DNA of 61,225 nt from a virus (IMGVR_UViG_3300043437_000207:1-61225); one strand, 5' to 3'. Positions 49,129 to 59,483 are shown, counted from the stretch's first letter. Notes: generated by a model from the sequence alone, not told the origin. Numbers and translations: made by a program.

Positions 49129-49131
49129 ACT

Positions 49132-49515
49132 CTATTGTTTAATAAATTTTGTTAAATCTGGTTTAAAATAATTTATACCTTTCATGATTTTACCATCTCC
49201 TCTAAGGACAGGCTTTCCATCTTCACCAAGTTTACTCATATTACTAGCTTGTATTTCATCAAATACATCTTCTATAATATGTTGCATACCATGTTTAAGA
49301 ATAGTACCACAAAGAATATAAAGTTGATCACCTAAAGCATCTGCAATCTCAACAAGATCTTTTTTATGACATGCTTCTAAGTATTCATCATTTTCTTCTT
49401 TCATAAGACTATGTCTTAAATCATACTGACTATGGATTATTAATCTTGGTGATTCTCCATTCTCTTGACCAAATGCATTGTGGAATTTCTCCACACCTTC
49501 TAATTGTTTCTTCAT
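49132..49515 (-). CDS. MazG-like (PRA-PH-type) nucleoside triphosphate pyrophosphohydrolase
   Basis: EENDEY...EIADALGDQLY...SNMSK...DGKIMKG motifs. Confidence 0.88.
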   Translation of the reverse strand: MKKQLEGVEKFHNAFGQENGESPRLIIHSQYDLRHSLMKEENDEYLEACHKKDLVEIADALGDQLYILCGTILKHGMQHIIEDVFDEIQASNMSKLGEDGKPVLRGDGKIMKGINYFKPDLTKFIKQ

Positions 49516-49519
49516 GCTA

Positions 49520-49527
49520 CAAATTTA
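49520..49527 (-). promoter_or_regulatory. Possible Bacteroidota -7 element (TAAATTTG), near-leaderless
   Basis: TAnnTTTG match 4 nt before ATG 49515 and just past a terminator; no clear -33 TTTG. Confidence 0.35.
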
Positions 49528-49557
49528 AAAAAAAGGGGACAACTTGCGCCATCCCCT
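49527..49557 (-). terminator. Rho-independent terminator
   Basis: Minus strand AGGGGATGGC-GCAA-GTTGTCCCCT (GNRA loop, G-U pairs) followed by a T-tract. Confidence 0.8.
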
Positions 49558-49590
49558 AGTGATTATTGTTCCTACATTAACTATAGGCTC

Positions 49591-51012
49591 TTAAAAGAAA
49601 TCAGGTATATCATCTCCTGATTCTTCAGTATCATCTGATACAAAATCCAAATCAAATGAATTGTCAATAATTTCTTCTTTTTTCTCAACAGGAACATTAT
49701 CCAAATTAGCTTCAATTGGTGTACCTTCAGAAGATTCAATAGCTTCCATCATCTCATAATCAGCAACCATTTGGTCTATAGATTCATCATCATGCGCTAG
49801 GGAGAAATCAACTTCAGGTGCAACTTCCTCAAGAAAGTTTTTTACTTCAGTCTCGCGGATTTCTTCTTCCAAATCTTTTTCTGTTTCTGTATCATATCCA
49901 ACACATGGAACTACTGGAGCTTCAAAAGTATTACCTACAGGATCAGTATACTGTATTGTTTCATCTAAGATTGTAGCAATTTTTTGTGGTTCTTCCTCAG
50001 TTGTCCAAATTTCATCATCAATAATAATATGATCTTCTTCAGCTTCATTAGCATCTAGAATCATTTCCTCAGACTGGTGCACAACTGGCTCTATTTCTAC
50101 CTCTTCTTGCACCACTTGATTATCAGATAGTTGAAAAGCTTCTTCTTCAGTTACTGGATATTGAGCAGCTAATAAAGATTCATCTCCAGTAATTTCAGCT
50201 ATTTGAACTAAAAGATTAGTCTGGTTTTCTGGCTGACCATAATTGTTTTCTAATTCATCCACTACAGCTTCTTCTACAGGAGCTATAACAGCTACAGGAG
50301 TAAAGTTACCAACAGTACTGATAAAGTAATGTAAGATTCTTTGGTCTTCCATCCAAGTGCGCGGGTGTGAATGTTGTAATGCAATAGTCACATAGTTATA
50401 GAAGGCCCATAAGCTATTTGAATCTGCAAATACATGTGATGGACGGTCCATTTGGCTACGTACCATGCTTGCTTGCTCAGTTGTTAAAATCTGAAACTCT
50501 GCAAACAAAATACCCAGCATCTGTGCTTGTCTTCTTTTGTTAAGACTGATACCTTCCATAGAAGCCTTATCTGAAACTAACTGATTATAGTACATATTTG
50601 CATTTTGTACTTGACTATCAATCATATCTTTTGTTTCAATGTCAGCACTTCCCGTATGCTTTCTAGTCCATGTACCTAATTCTCCAGATGTCATAACAGA
50701 CCCTGTTCTATTTATGTATGCACCAACCAAACATTTGAATTTTACTTGTTTGTTGTAACTGTTTGTCCAAGCAAACATCATTGATAGTTCAGGATCACTG
50801 TTGAAATTCAACTTATAAATCCCTTGAGCAATTTGCCCGTCAGCAGTACATCTGTACTCTTCATCTACAATAACAAAACCTTCAGCTAATAACTGTTGTT
50901 TTGAGTAATCAATAACAAATTGGTGACTTATAGTAGTATAAGTAGCACCATGAGCTGGCAAAGGCACACTGATTAAGTGCGCCATTGTGCAATCTTGAAT
51001 TTTCTTTGGCAT
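49591..51012 (-). CDS. DUF932-like protein with a long acidic C-terminal tail
   Basis: YTTISH...NSYNK...GA...RKHTG...SLWAFYNYVT pattern in the N-terminal ~235 aa; E/D-rich tail ending DDIPDFF. Confidence 0.6.
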   Translation of the reverse strand: MPKKIQDCTMAHLISVPLPAHGATYTTISHQFVIDYSKQQLLAEGFVIVDEEYRCTADGQIAQGIYKLNFNSDPELSMMFAWTNSYNKQVKFKCLVGAYINRTGSVMTSGELGTWTRKHTGSADIETKDMIDSQVQNANMYYNQLVSDKASMEGISLNKRRQAQMLGILFAEFQILTTEQASMVRSQMDRPSHVFADSNSLWAFYNYVTIALQHSHPRTWMEDQRILHYFISTVGNFTPVAVIAPVEEAVVDELENNYGQPENQTNLLVQIAEITGDESLLAAQYPVTEEEAFQLSDNQVVQEEVEIEPVVHQSEEMILDANEAEEDHIIIDDEIWTTEEEPQKIATILDETIQYTDPVGNTFEAPVVPCVGYDTETEKDLEEEIRETEVKNFLEEVAPEVDFSLAHDDESIDQMVADYEMMEAIESSEGTPIEANLDNVPVEKKEEIIDNSFDLDFVSDDTEESGDDIPDFF

Positions 51013-51013
51013 T

Positions 51014-52912
51014 TTAAAATAAACTTAATTGATTAGTTTTTGGTTCTAGACTGGCAATTTCTTTTCTTATCTTCTCTAGATAGAATTCAGTATTAATGTT
51101 GTATTCTTCAAAAGGTTTCTCAACATAATCTATGAATACTGTCTGTAACCATTTACCAGATTCTACCTGGATTTCTCGGCCATCCAATAAATTAGTCTTA
51201 ACTATTTTGGAACCAGTTTTACTTATGAAATATCTAATAGTATGTTGTAAGTCTTTAACTTTATAGTTCTTATCTACAACATTGTGTTCAACAAACTTCC
51301 AGTCACCTTTGATCTTCACTCCACCACAATAGTCAAATATATTTGTGTTAGCTTTAAGAAAATCTTCAGGCTGTATTCCATCTACAAAATAAGCATGCAG
51401 AGCTTTAGGAATAATCAGGAAACTTTTGTTTTTATGAAGAGCTAAATCCTTAAACTCAAATCTACCTTTACACTTAGACTTACCATCTTCTGTAACTGCT
51501 ATATAGTTATTTACATCACCTAAGACAATCTTAGAATAGGTATCATGTTCTAACTCCAACATAGTAATCTTTTCCCATTCAGCACAAATTTCCATATACC
51601 TATCAACTCTGTGTCTAGGAACTAAAGTCTCAAGACCATCAGTATTTTGCATTAGAGGAACAGCTTCTGGAATTTCTTCTAGGATCATTTCATACAACAT
51701 AGTCAAACTCAGCTGACCATTGATAGTAATCCTCATTGTAAACTCCGGATCATATAGAAAACTATTCTTATCATTACTTAACCCATAGGTTGAGTTTAGG
51801 ATAATCTTGTACACATAATTCTTAGGATCTTTCTTAGGAATCTTTACTCTCTCATCATAGAACCATTCATATTGATCACAGAATATTTCTTGTGGTAAAT
51901 GTGCTGGCGCCCATCTGTTTCTAATAGCAAGATTAGGATAAAAAGATTTTACATCTGAGGTAATGATAACCATATCCTCGGTAGACATATACACCTTACT
52001 AGTTCTAGCACCATGAATACCACCAAGACCATAATCAGTTTTAACACCTCTATACTGTGCAGAATACTTAAAGCCTCCTTTAGTTTCACCTGGAAAGATA
52101 ACAACATCATTAAACTTTCTCAATAGATTCTGAAAAGTAGCAGTCCTAAACTTTATATAAGGTAGTATGATATCTTTTACAACAATCTTATCACGGTTAG
52201 TTCTCATCTGTCTGAGCTCCCATTTCTTAATTCCAGTCTGATCACTTAAGAACATCAAGAATAATTCCTTGGAGATTCTAGGTTCAGATGCAGAAAACAA
52301 ATCAATATTGTACTCTGAAGTTAAGTTTTTTCTAAGCTCAATCTGTCCTTTGCTTAAGAACATGATAGCTTTAGTTGACTTAACATCATTAATACAATAG
52401 TTTATGATTTCCGGAATCTGTTTAGCTTTAATCTCAGTACTATGATGAATAGGCATATCCATAATGTTGTGCCAATCCATACTAAACTGAATCCATTTTA
52501 AGGAACTTCTCTTAGCTGGATTATCCCAATGGTTAAGCTTAAATACATCAACCTGTTTAATCTGTAAATCTCTTGGACTAAATTCTAGAAACTCTCCTTC
52601 ACTTTGTCTTTGAATTACATCTTGTGCTTTATCATATACAAATCTTGCAATAGACTCACCATCCATTTCAAGAAGTTGTTCTTTTGTACGGAGTATATGT
52701 TCTGTTATTTGGCTGTCAAATCCTAAACCATTGAAACTAACATGCCATTCATCATAAGCAATATTCCTTTCTAGAAAAGTTACCAATTCTAAAATATCAT
52801 TTTTGCTTGAATGACAAACAAAAATCTCTCTGTCTTCTGATTTTACACTTTCAAACACTGCTAAAAAACAGTTGGATAGTGTTTCATAATCATGTACCCA
52901 ATGTGTTCTCAT
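51014..52912 (-). CDS. polB: Family B DNA polymerase
   Basis: Exonuclease motifs DYET, FNGLGFD and YCINDV; polymerase motifs DVKSFYPN, KIILNSTYG and NTDG; C-terminal QLSLF. Confidence 0.93.
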   Translation of the reverse strand: MRTHWVHDYETLSNCFLAVFESVKSEDREIFVCHSSKNDILELVTFLERNIAYDEWHVSFNGLGFDSQITEHILRTKEQLLEMDGESIARFVYDKAQDVIQRQSEGEFLEFSPRDLQIKQVDVFKLNHWDNPAKRSSLKWIQFSMDWHNIMDMPIHHSTEIKAKQIPEIINYCINDVKSTKAIMFLSKGQIELRKNLTSEYNIDLFSASEPRISKELFLMFLSDQTGIKKWELRQMRTNRDKIVVKDIILPYIKFRTATFQNLLRKFNDVVIFPGETKGGFKYSAQYRGVKTDYGLGGIHGARTSKVYMSTEDMVIITSDVKSFYPNLAIRNRWAPAHLPQEIFCDQYEWFYDERVKIPKKDPKNYVYKIILNSTYGLSNDKNSFLYDPEFTMRITINGQLSLTMLYEMILEEIPEAVPLMQNTDGLETLVPRHRVDRYMEICAEWEKITMLELEHDTYSKIVLGDVNNYIAVTEDGKSKCKGRFEFKDLALHKNKSFLIIPKALHAYFVDGIQPEDFLKANTNIFDYCGGVKIKGDWKFVEHNVVDKNYKVKDLQHTIRYFISKTGSKIVKTNLLDGREIQVESGKWLQTVFIDYVEKPFEEYNINTEFYLEKIRKEIASLEPKTNQLSLF

Positions 52913-53139
52913 GGTAGTTTTGTGAATAAACCTTCGTGAATAGGATCTTGTAATTTTTTAGTATTAATATATACTTTTGTTTGACTAGGCATTCTAGCTT
53001 CACATTTACTGCAATGCTCAACTCTTTCTGAATGACTTGGACTACAACAGTCACATTTAATTGGAAAGCTGAAGTAGGTAATTCTTAATGGACCTTCATC
53101 ACTACAATAGTAGCATGGTCCCCATGGCATATCTCCCAT
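52909..53139 (-). CDS. Small Cys-rich (Zn-finger-like) protein
   Basis: CYYC, CDCC and HCSKC motifs; ATGA overlap with polB. Confidence 0.6.
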   Translation of the reverse strand: MGDMPWGPCYYCSDEGPLRITYFSFPIKCDCCSPSHSERVEHCSKCEARMPSQTKVYINTKKLQDPIHEGLFTKLP

Positions 53140-53180
53140 AATCTTGATGTTCAGTTAAGCTGTTCCCCCATTTAGTTAAT

Positions 53181-53214
53181 AAAAAAGGTGGATATTGCGT
53201 CATACCCACCTTTT
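53181..53214 (-). terminator. Rho-independent terminator (possibly bidirectional)
   Basis: Minus strand AAAAGGTGGGTAT-GACGCA-ATATCCACCTTTTTT. Confidence 0.75.
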
Positions 53215-53236
53215 CCGCGTCCAAAGTAAAAGCTAA

Positions 53237-53638
53237 TTACTTAGCTACCTTCTTAAGTTTAGTATCTCCACTTACCTCACCTAAGAATGTTTTATAATCA
53301 AATGAGTCTGCATTAACTGCAAACATTGAAATTAGTGCATTCATAGCGGTAGTATCTTCAACATAGAATTCTTGAAAAACTTCAATTTTGTGTCTTTCTT
53401 CTCTGAAGTTTCTACCATTTGGTCTCTTAGATTTTACTGCCATTGGATCACCATTGTCATCCAATTTAGGTAGCATATGAAGAGATTGTTTTGCAATTTT
53501 TGAAATAACAACAAATACTTTTGTGTCAGGATCAAAGATGCATTCTACATAAGGACATGAATCCGCTACAGGAATCATTCTGAAAGTTTGCTTGTCATTC
53601 CAAGTGGCTTGGACAAGCATCATAGTGTTTTCACTCAT
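53237..53638 (-). CDS. Hypothetical protein
   Basis: 133-aa ORF with its own promoter and terminator. Confidence 0.7.
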   Translation of the reverse strand: MSENTMMLVQATWNDKQTFRMIPVADSCPYVECIFDPDTKVFVVISKIAKQSLHMLPKLDDNGDPMAVKSKRPNGRNFREERHKIEVFQEFYVEDTTAMNALISMFAVNADSFDYKTFLGEVSGDTKLKKVAK

Positions 53639-53657
53639 TTTTTGTTGATTTTAATTA

Positions 53658-54230
53658 TTACAAAGATAATCCAGAATCTGATATGTTCTCAAAATTTGCA
53701 ACTTGAATTAATAATTTTTCTTTTTCTAGATCGGGTTTGTCACAGAGTTCACCTACTTCATACAAAAGAGCTTCAGAAACATTTAATATTTCTGCATACC
53801 TTTTGAAGAACTTTTCAGGAAACATATAGCTTGTAACATAAACATGGTTTCCACTATGTTTATCATAGAAATTAACAATTTTGCGCTTTATTTCATCACT
53901 TATTCTACTGTATCTACCATTAATTAAATGGTGCCAATCAGTACCTAAATCAGAGAAGTCAAATACAAATACAGTTTGTTGAGCATTCACCTTATTAAAA
54001 TTACATAACCTTGTATGTTTTAATAAAATTGTTTTCTCAAACTCTTCATAACCTGACTCATTAGTCTCATATACACAAATAAGTTTTTTATCCTCGGGTG
54101 CATGCACATCATTCCAAGAAAGATAAGTCTCACTTGGAACAATTTGTGTTCCCCTTTTAATATCTAAGAGCGGATAAATTAATATCTTAGACTTTTGAAA
54201 ATACTTCTTATAAAGCGCGTTGATCACCAT
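53658..54230 (-). CDS. Hypothetical protein
   Basis: 190-aa ORF in the operon after the exonuclease. Confidence 0.7.
   Translation of the reverse strand: MVINALYKKYFQKSKILIYPLLDIKRGTQIVPSETYLSWNDVHAPEDKKLICVYETNESGYEEFEKTILLKHTRLCNFNKVNAQQTVFVFDFSDLGTDWHHLINGRYSRISDEIKRKIVNFYDKHSGNHVYVTSYMFPEKFFKRYAEILNVSEALLYEVGELCDKPDLEKEKLLIQVANFENISDSGLSL
53661..53693 (-). promoter_or_regulatory. Canonical Bacteroidota sigma-A promoter TTTG-N21-TATCTTTG
   Basis: Minus strand TTTG (53693-53690) and TATCTTTG (53668-53661), about 22 nt before ATG 53638. Confidence 0.65.
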
Positions 54231-54235
54231 AAATG

Positions 54236-55252
54236 CTAAAGTTTTAAATTACCATTAGCCAGTTCATAAGGAAGATCATATCTTTTGTTTTCATAGTGCC
54301 ATTTAAGTTTGTCAACTAATTCTACAAAAGATTCTGCCCATTTAGCCAGCGTTTCATCTGACACCTGAAATGGATAGACTTGATTATATTTATCTATGAC
54401 AATAAATGTAATCTTTATTTTCCATTCAGTTGCCTCTGGCAAATCAATCAGATATTTATCAGCAACAAGTATTGAGTATATCACAGCTTGAATCCAATAT
54501 CTGTAATACTCTACTGCATTTGGAAAATCCTGAAGAGGTTTGCCAGTAGTCTTAAGGTCATTAATAAAGATGACCTTTGCTTCATGATCAATTACAACAT
54601 TGTCTAAGACTCCTTTAAACCCAAACGGAAGTTGTGGATCATCTGTAGAGAGCAACTGCTCATTGAATACTTGTATTTGAGTATTCTCTGGATCCCTATC
54701 AAGCTGGAGAAGAGCTCTAACATCAGAGTTAGATTTCAGTGCTTCAAGAGATGCATTGCAGCCATCCAATGTAACCTGATCAATCACTGTTTTATCCAAA
54801 CTAGCTTTTAAGAATTCAAAGTATTCAATGTTCTCTGTTGTGAGAATCTTATCAAGTCTTTGTTGATCTGTTTTGAGTGTCTGATATAAGTTTGCGGTGA
54901 GTAGCTGTGTGAGTATCTCTTGTGTATAGTCTCCCAAAGTTAAGGTATTATTCCCTAATGTCAAATGATATTTGAATAAACTGTCAATTATTTTCTTTTG
55001 ACTGTCTGTAGGTACTTTACCCGGTAGGGTGAGAAATTGTTTACCAAAATCATCTGGCTCCAAGAGCAAACAGTGCAGTGCCCTACCTGCTACCAAGTGG
55101 GCATCTGTACTATCTTCTCTTTGTTGCAGCACATAATGGTTATAAAACATAATAGGGGAAAACAATAGTTTATTAATCCCACTGTAGCTGAAGTAAAACT
55201 TCTGCTTGTAAAATTGTTCTAGTTCTTCAGAACCAATCAATGTCAGATTCAT
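54236..55252 (-). CDS. PD-(D/E)xK exonuclease (RecE/Cas4-like)
   Basis: FSYS, GRALHCLLLEP, KGVLDNV...DLKTT and YWIQAVIY motifs. Confidence 0.85.
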   Translation of the reverse strand: MNLTLIGSEELEQFYKQKFYFSYSGINKLLFSPIMFYNHYVLQQREDSTDAHLVAGRALHCLLLEPDDFGKQFLTLPGKVPTDSQKKIIDSLFKYHLTLGNNTLTLGDYTQEILTQLLTANLYQTLKTDQQRLDKILTTENIEYFEFLKASLDKTVIDQVTLDGCNASLEALKSNSDVRALLQLDRDPENTQIQVFNEQLLSTDDPQLPFGFKGVLDNVVIDHEAKVIFINDLKTTGKPLQDFPNAVEYYRYWIQAVIYSILVADKYLIDLPEATEWKIKITFIVIDKYNQVYPFQVSDETLAKWAESFVELVDKLKWHYENKRYDLPYELANGNLKL

Positions 55253-56480
55253 TTGTTTGTGTTATTTGATGGTTATTTGATACGGGTTCTAATTTTAATG
55301 GAGTTTCTATAACTTCTTCAGGGATTATTTCAGCCTCTGGTTCAAAGTTATCCTCAACTGCAAACTCAGATTCAGGCGCCTCTTCTATCCCTATAGGCTC
55401 AACTTCTTCTACTTCATCTTCTACAATTTCATAAGGAGTATACTCTTCTTGAACTTGATACTCATAGTTAAAATTCATCTCTGCTAAAAACTGTGGGTCA
55501 ACTGTGATGGTTTTAACTTTGAAATATGTATGATCACCCCTATCTATGATGTCCTCTTTAGAATGATTAAGAATGATGTCTAACTTATCCGGTGTAAACT
55601 GTCCTTTCTCATGTAAAATTCTACATATATCATCTATAGAGTTTCTATACATAATGTTATCTGAAATCCAGCTTATCAAAGACTTAAAGTTAACATGATT
55701 TTTAGTATTAGAATTACCTATAAGATGATTTTGTTTCTTGAATAACAACAATAGATAGACTAGACTTGCATTGTATTTACAATTGGCCATAATTTCCATA
55801 GCAAGTACATGATTGTCATTATCTGAACTATCAAACATTGTAGTTAACTGTTCATACATTTCTTCATCAATAACACTTGCATCTTTACCATTTAGTTTAT
55901 CAACCATTGTGGTTTCCTCATAAATAGTTTTTCCTATTAATGCTTTCCCTAAGTCAGTAAAATCATCTGAAATAAAATAAGTTTTGCTTTGATCTGCATC
56001 TACTCCTTCAGGTAATAAAGCCAATTTTAACGGGTGGTCAACAGTGATAAATTCATTTGTGTAGTATTCTAAAGCTGTTTTTAACTTGTCAATATAAAAG
56101 CTATCTAAATTAAGAGCTTCATTATCCAAAGCATCAGTTAAATACTTAGTATCAATTTTGTAATGCCAATTACTATTAGTTATTTTATCTACTGTGCTTT
56201 TATTTCCAAAAAATACATCTGCATCAAAAGGACTTCTGACACTTTTAATTCCATACTCAAGAGCAACATTTTTTAGTTTTACTCTTGGTACATTTACGCC
56301 AGGTAAGAAATAAATCTTATCTCCTTTTTGAGGAATATACTCTCCTGTATTTAAAGTAAGTATGTCTTTAGACTCAAATGAACCTATTTTACTTTCAATA
56401 CTAATTACAACATTTTTATGTTTATTTATCTCACCCCAAAAACCTAAGTTAGTAGTAATATTTAATATTTGTTCTGTCAT
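55227..56480 (-). CDS. Hypothetical protein with an acidic tail
   Basis: 417-aa ORF; E-rich C-terminus ending DIDWF. Confidence 0.7.
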   Translation of the reverse strand: MTEQILNITTNLGFWGEINKHKNVVISIESKIGSFESKDILTLNTGEYIPQKGDKIYFLPGVNVPRVKLKNVALEYGIKSVRSPFDADVFFGNKSTVDKITNSNWHYKIDTKYLTDALDNEALNLDSFYIDKLKTALEYYTNEFITVDHPLKLALLPEGVDADQSKTYFISDDFTDLGKALIGKTIYEETTMVDKLNGKDASVIDEEMYEQLTTMFDSSDNDNHVLAMEIMANCKYNASLVYLLLLFKKQNHLIGNSNTKNHVNFKSLISWISDNIMYRNSIDDICRILHEKGQFTPDKLDIILNHSKEDIIDRGDHTYFKVKTITVDPQFLAEMNFNYEYQVQEEYTPYEIVEDEVEEVEPIGIEEAPESEFAVEDNFEPEAEIIPEEVIETPLKLEPVSNNHQITQTNESDIDWF

Positions 56481-56491
56481 TTTCTTAAATT

Positions 56492-56518
56492 AAAAAGAGG
56501 GGAGTATTACGTCCCCTC
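56492..56518 (-). terminator. Rho-independent terminator
   Basis: Minus strand GAGGGGA-CGTAATAC-TCCCCTC followed by T5, downstream of the ATPase gene. Confidence 0.7.
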
Positions 56519-56578
56519 ATGTTTGTATTTGATTAGTTAGATGAATAGAATAAAAAGGGAAAATGTTTTATGTCAGAT

Positions 56579-57769
56579 TTATTTGACAGCCATTTTCACC
56601 ACTTCATTATTCATCATTAGTTTTGAGAACTTCAACTTATTACCATTTACAATCTCCTTAATCATGTAATATCTTAAGTCATCTGTAAAAGCTTCACAGT
56701 CTGTAGTCAACTTAATTAAACGGTTGACCATTGGATCAGAAATAGATTTAGTTTCTGCATAAACTAATGAATAGTTTACCACACGCGTAGCAATTACACT
56801 TGAGATATCAGCTCTAAAATCTTGATCTTTACCAACTGCAGCAGTTAGAGAGTTCATAACATACTGCTCATCTTTAGTCAAGATATCTTCAGGAGAAATA
56901 ATTTTATCAAGTTGGTTATTGATAAACATAGTAAACATTGCTGCAAAGTCTACACCTACAGAACCTTCACCAATCATCTGAATCATTGGTAGTCTTTGGT
57001 TAAAGTTCTTGAATGAACTAATAGCATTGAAGAATGTAGTTACAGCTCTAGGATTCACACTTTGAGTTACCAATTCTGGGTGCATCAACATGAAATTAAT
57101 ACATCTACCATCAATCCCTGCAGTCTCAGCCCACTTAGCCCAAACATCTTTGTCATACTTCAAGCCAACAGAGATAAATCTAGTCTTCTGAGCAATATCC
57201 AAACTAGTAACATTATAGTCACCATTGTCCGGGTTAGTAGTCAAAATAACATGCCAGTTCTTAGGAAGTTTCCAAGAAACATATTCTTGTCTATCCAAAA
57301 TCTCCATAGTAGCTTGCATGAATCTATGGTCAGCTCTGGTGTAATCATCAAGGATTAAGAAACCACCTTCACCTTTGCCTTGAATCCACTCTGGTGCAGC
57401 ATGAGACATGCGTTTAGCAACAACTTTATATCCTTTCTTAACAGCTGCATCTATCTGAGCTTCATTAATCCACATTGTTTTACCTTCTTGGTTCTGAATT
57501 TCAAATTCTTTAACCGGGAAACCAACTAAATCACCTAATTCTTCTAACTGAGATAAATTAAGTTTTACAACTTGCATGTTCATCTCTTTACCCAACTGCA
57601 TAATAGCAGAAGTTTTACCAAGACCTGCATCACCTTCAATGTTTATTGCAACAGGAACTTTTCCTTCAGCTTGAATATACTGATTATTTTCAACCATGTG
57701 TGAGATAAAGTCTTTCATCTCTTCAACATTCAACAATACCTGACTGTTTTCAACTTTCTTTTTTGACAT
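56579..57769 (-). CDS. MoxR-like AAA+ ATPase
   Basis: Walker A GDAGLGKTS, DLVGFP, Walker B LILDDYTRA, TTNP and AQKTRF; adjacent to a VWA gene. Confidence 0.88.
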   Translation of the reverse strand: MSKKKVENSQVLLNVEEMKDFISHMVENNQYIQAEGKVPVAINIEGDAGLGKTSAIMQLGKEMNMQVVKLNLSQLEELGDLVGFPVKEFEIQNQEGKTMWINEAQIDAAVKKGYKVVAKRMSHAAPEWIQGKGEGGFLILDDYTRADHRFMQATMEILDRQEYVSWKLPKNWHVILTTNPDNGDYNVTSLDIAQKTRFISVGLKYDKDVWAKWAETAGIDGRCINFMLMHPELVTQSVNPRAVTTFFNAISSFKNFNQRLPMIQMIGEGSVGVDFAAMFTMFINNQLDKIISPEDILTKDEQYVMNSLTAAVGKDQDFRADISSVIATRVVNYSLVYAETKSISDPMVNRLIKLTTDCEAFTDDLRYYMIKEIVNGNKLKFSKLMMNNEVVKMAVK

Positions 57770-57780
57770 CTTTTTTCTTT

Positions 57781-59088
57781 TTATAATTCTAACTTAATTA
57801 CTCTTCCAGGAAGATTCTCATTCATATACGACTGTTCAGATAACACCCATAGGGTTGGACCTTTTGGTAAAACATCTACACTGCATTCACCATCAGTAAA
57901 ATATACAAGACTAGTATATAATTTATTGTTTTGATTAAAATATTCAATGACAGGATCAAACTCAGTGCCTCCTCTACCGTGTATTTTTAAATCAAGTTCA
58001 CCTTTGTAAGGTTCAATAGAATGAATTCTAGTATCACATTGTATTACTGTGATATCTACACCAGCTTTGTAAATATGATGCATTTCATTCATAAACTCTG
58101 CAAGTTCTTTATCACTTACAGAACCTGAAGTATCAATGGCCAACAACATATGCTGTTTCATCTTAAGTTTTAATCCAGGACTATCAGGAAACTTTCTGTT
58201 CTCTTTTCTTCTGATTTTCTTAGAAAAAACTCTTGTACTTACTCCAGTAAATCTACGGATGTAACCTCTCCAATCAAACTTAGGAGGAAGTATTTCATCA
58301 ATTTCAATAAGACCTTCAATTTCTCCAGGAACTGTACCGCGTTTCTTAACAGTCTGTTCTTTAGCATCTGATAAAAGTTTTTGTAACTGTTTACCAATTA
58401 ACTTTTGTTCAGCTTCAGACATGTTTTCAAAATCTTCCCATGTACTATGATCAGGTATACCTTCACCACTTTCTAATTGATCAAGAAGTTTATCCATTCC
58501 AGGAGACCCACAGGTACCATTTTGTTCTTTATTTTCCTTAGCTTCTTGAAGCTTGTCATAGTAATATCTAGAACCAGCTTTAGTATCTAAGTTAAGTTCA
58601 GGATAATCTTCAATCATTATACCACGGTTCGGAATTTGTTCAGCAAGTTCTGCAATCTGTTCTTCAGTCAAAGTACCATCTTCTCTCCCGGCAGTAATTT
58701 TCTCCTTAAGGGACTCTACCAAAGTGTCATATTCTTCTTTAGTATACTCATCTCCCGGTAACCAATCCCTTTCAATATATTGGTTAATCTCCATATCCAT
58801 TGCAATATTGGCTAACTTTCTATCACTAAATTTAAATATAGTAGATAAGTGACCAAATGCAATATGCAGTAACTCATGCTTAAGAAGACCAAGTCTATGG
58901 TTATCTGTTAGCTTAGCCCAGAAATCTGCATTAATTTCTAGCTGATAATTTATATTCATTTTACTCACACCAGCCGTGGGTACTCTTGTACTCCAATACT
59001 TATTCAACATAATAAGAAAGTGCCCATAATAGGGCTCTTTCAACATTAAGTCTTTGGCTGCTTTACTTAGAGTTTCTTGTTGGCTCAT
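57781..59088 (-). CDS. Metallopeptidase + VWA domain protein (DUF2201-like)
   Basis: HELLH zincin motif; MIDAS DTSGS; GRGGTEF and YFTDG. Confidence 0.88.
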   Translation of the reverse strand: MSQQETLSKAAKDLMLKEPYYGHFLIMLNKYWSTRVPTAGVSKMNINYQLEINADFWAKLTDNHRLGLLKHELLHIAFGHLSTIFKFSDRKLANIAMDMEINQYIERDWLPGDEYTKEEYDTLVESLKEKITAGREDGTLTEEQIAELAEQIPNRGIMIEDYPELNLDTKAGSRYYYDKLQEAKENKEQNGTCGSPGMDKLLDQLESGEGIPDHSTWEDFENMSEAEQKLIGKQLQKLLSDAKEQTVKKRGTVPGEIEGLIEIDEILPPKFDWRGYIRRFTGVSTRVFSKKIRRKENRKFPDSPGLKLKMKQHMLLAIDTSGSVSDKELAEFMNEMHHIYKAGVDITVIQCDTRIHSIEPYKGELDLKIHGRGGTEFDPVIEYFNQNNKLYTSLVYFTDGECSVDVLPKGPTLWVLSEQSYMNENLPGRVIKLEL

Positions 59089-59483
59089 TCTTTCAATTTA
59101 ATATTAATATCAAATTTTTCTGCGGGATACCCTAACTGGTCAAGAAAACCAATCATATCCCCTACAAAGTTTTCAAAATACAACTCAAGTGAATCCTTAC
59201 TAGCTTTTTTCTCTGTCATAATAGACAAACATTTACCACTGGACATTGCAGTTTTATCTACAAAATGTTCAGATATCTTTTTCCAAGACATAGGAGCTTC
59301 TTTCTCCCATACTGTATGATCTTTTTTACCATACTTATATAATACAATCAATTCCCCAAAATAGTCTTTTAAATCAGAGTTTTCCAATACTTCAAATGCA
59401 ATTGTTGCATTTTCTGCATCAGTTGAAGAAATCATATTCAAAAGATTCTTTGTCTCTTCTTTGTTTAATTTAACCTTTGCCAT
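59085..59483 (-). CDS. Hypothetical protein
   Basis: 132 aa, translationally coupled on both sides. Confidence 0.7.
   Translation of the reverse strand: MAKVKLNKEETKNLLNMISSTDAENATIAFEVLENSDLKDYFGELIVLYKYGKKDHTVWEKEAPMSWKKISEHFVDKTAMSSGKCLSIMTEKKASKDSLELYFENFVGDMIGFLDQLGYPAEKFDINIKLKE

Noticed and set aside
51014-52912. Intein or intron in polB
   Set aside because: Polymerase motifs are contiguous at normal spacing and there are no splice-junction motifs.
53140-53180. Minus-strand mini-ORF MGEQLN* / small hairpin upstream of the polB unit
   Set aside because: Too short to distinguish from chance without comparative data.
54236-55252. Cas4 / CRISPR system
   Set aside because: No Fe-S Cys cluster, no other cas genes and no repeat-spacer array were seen; better explained as a phage exonuclease.
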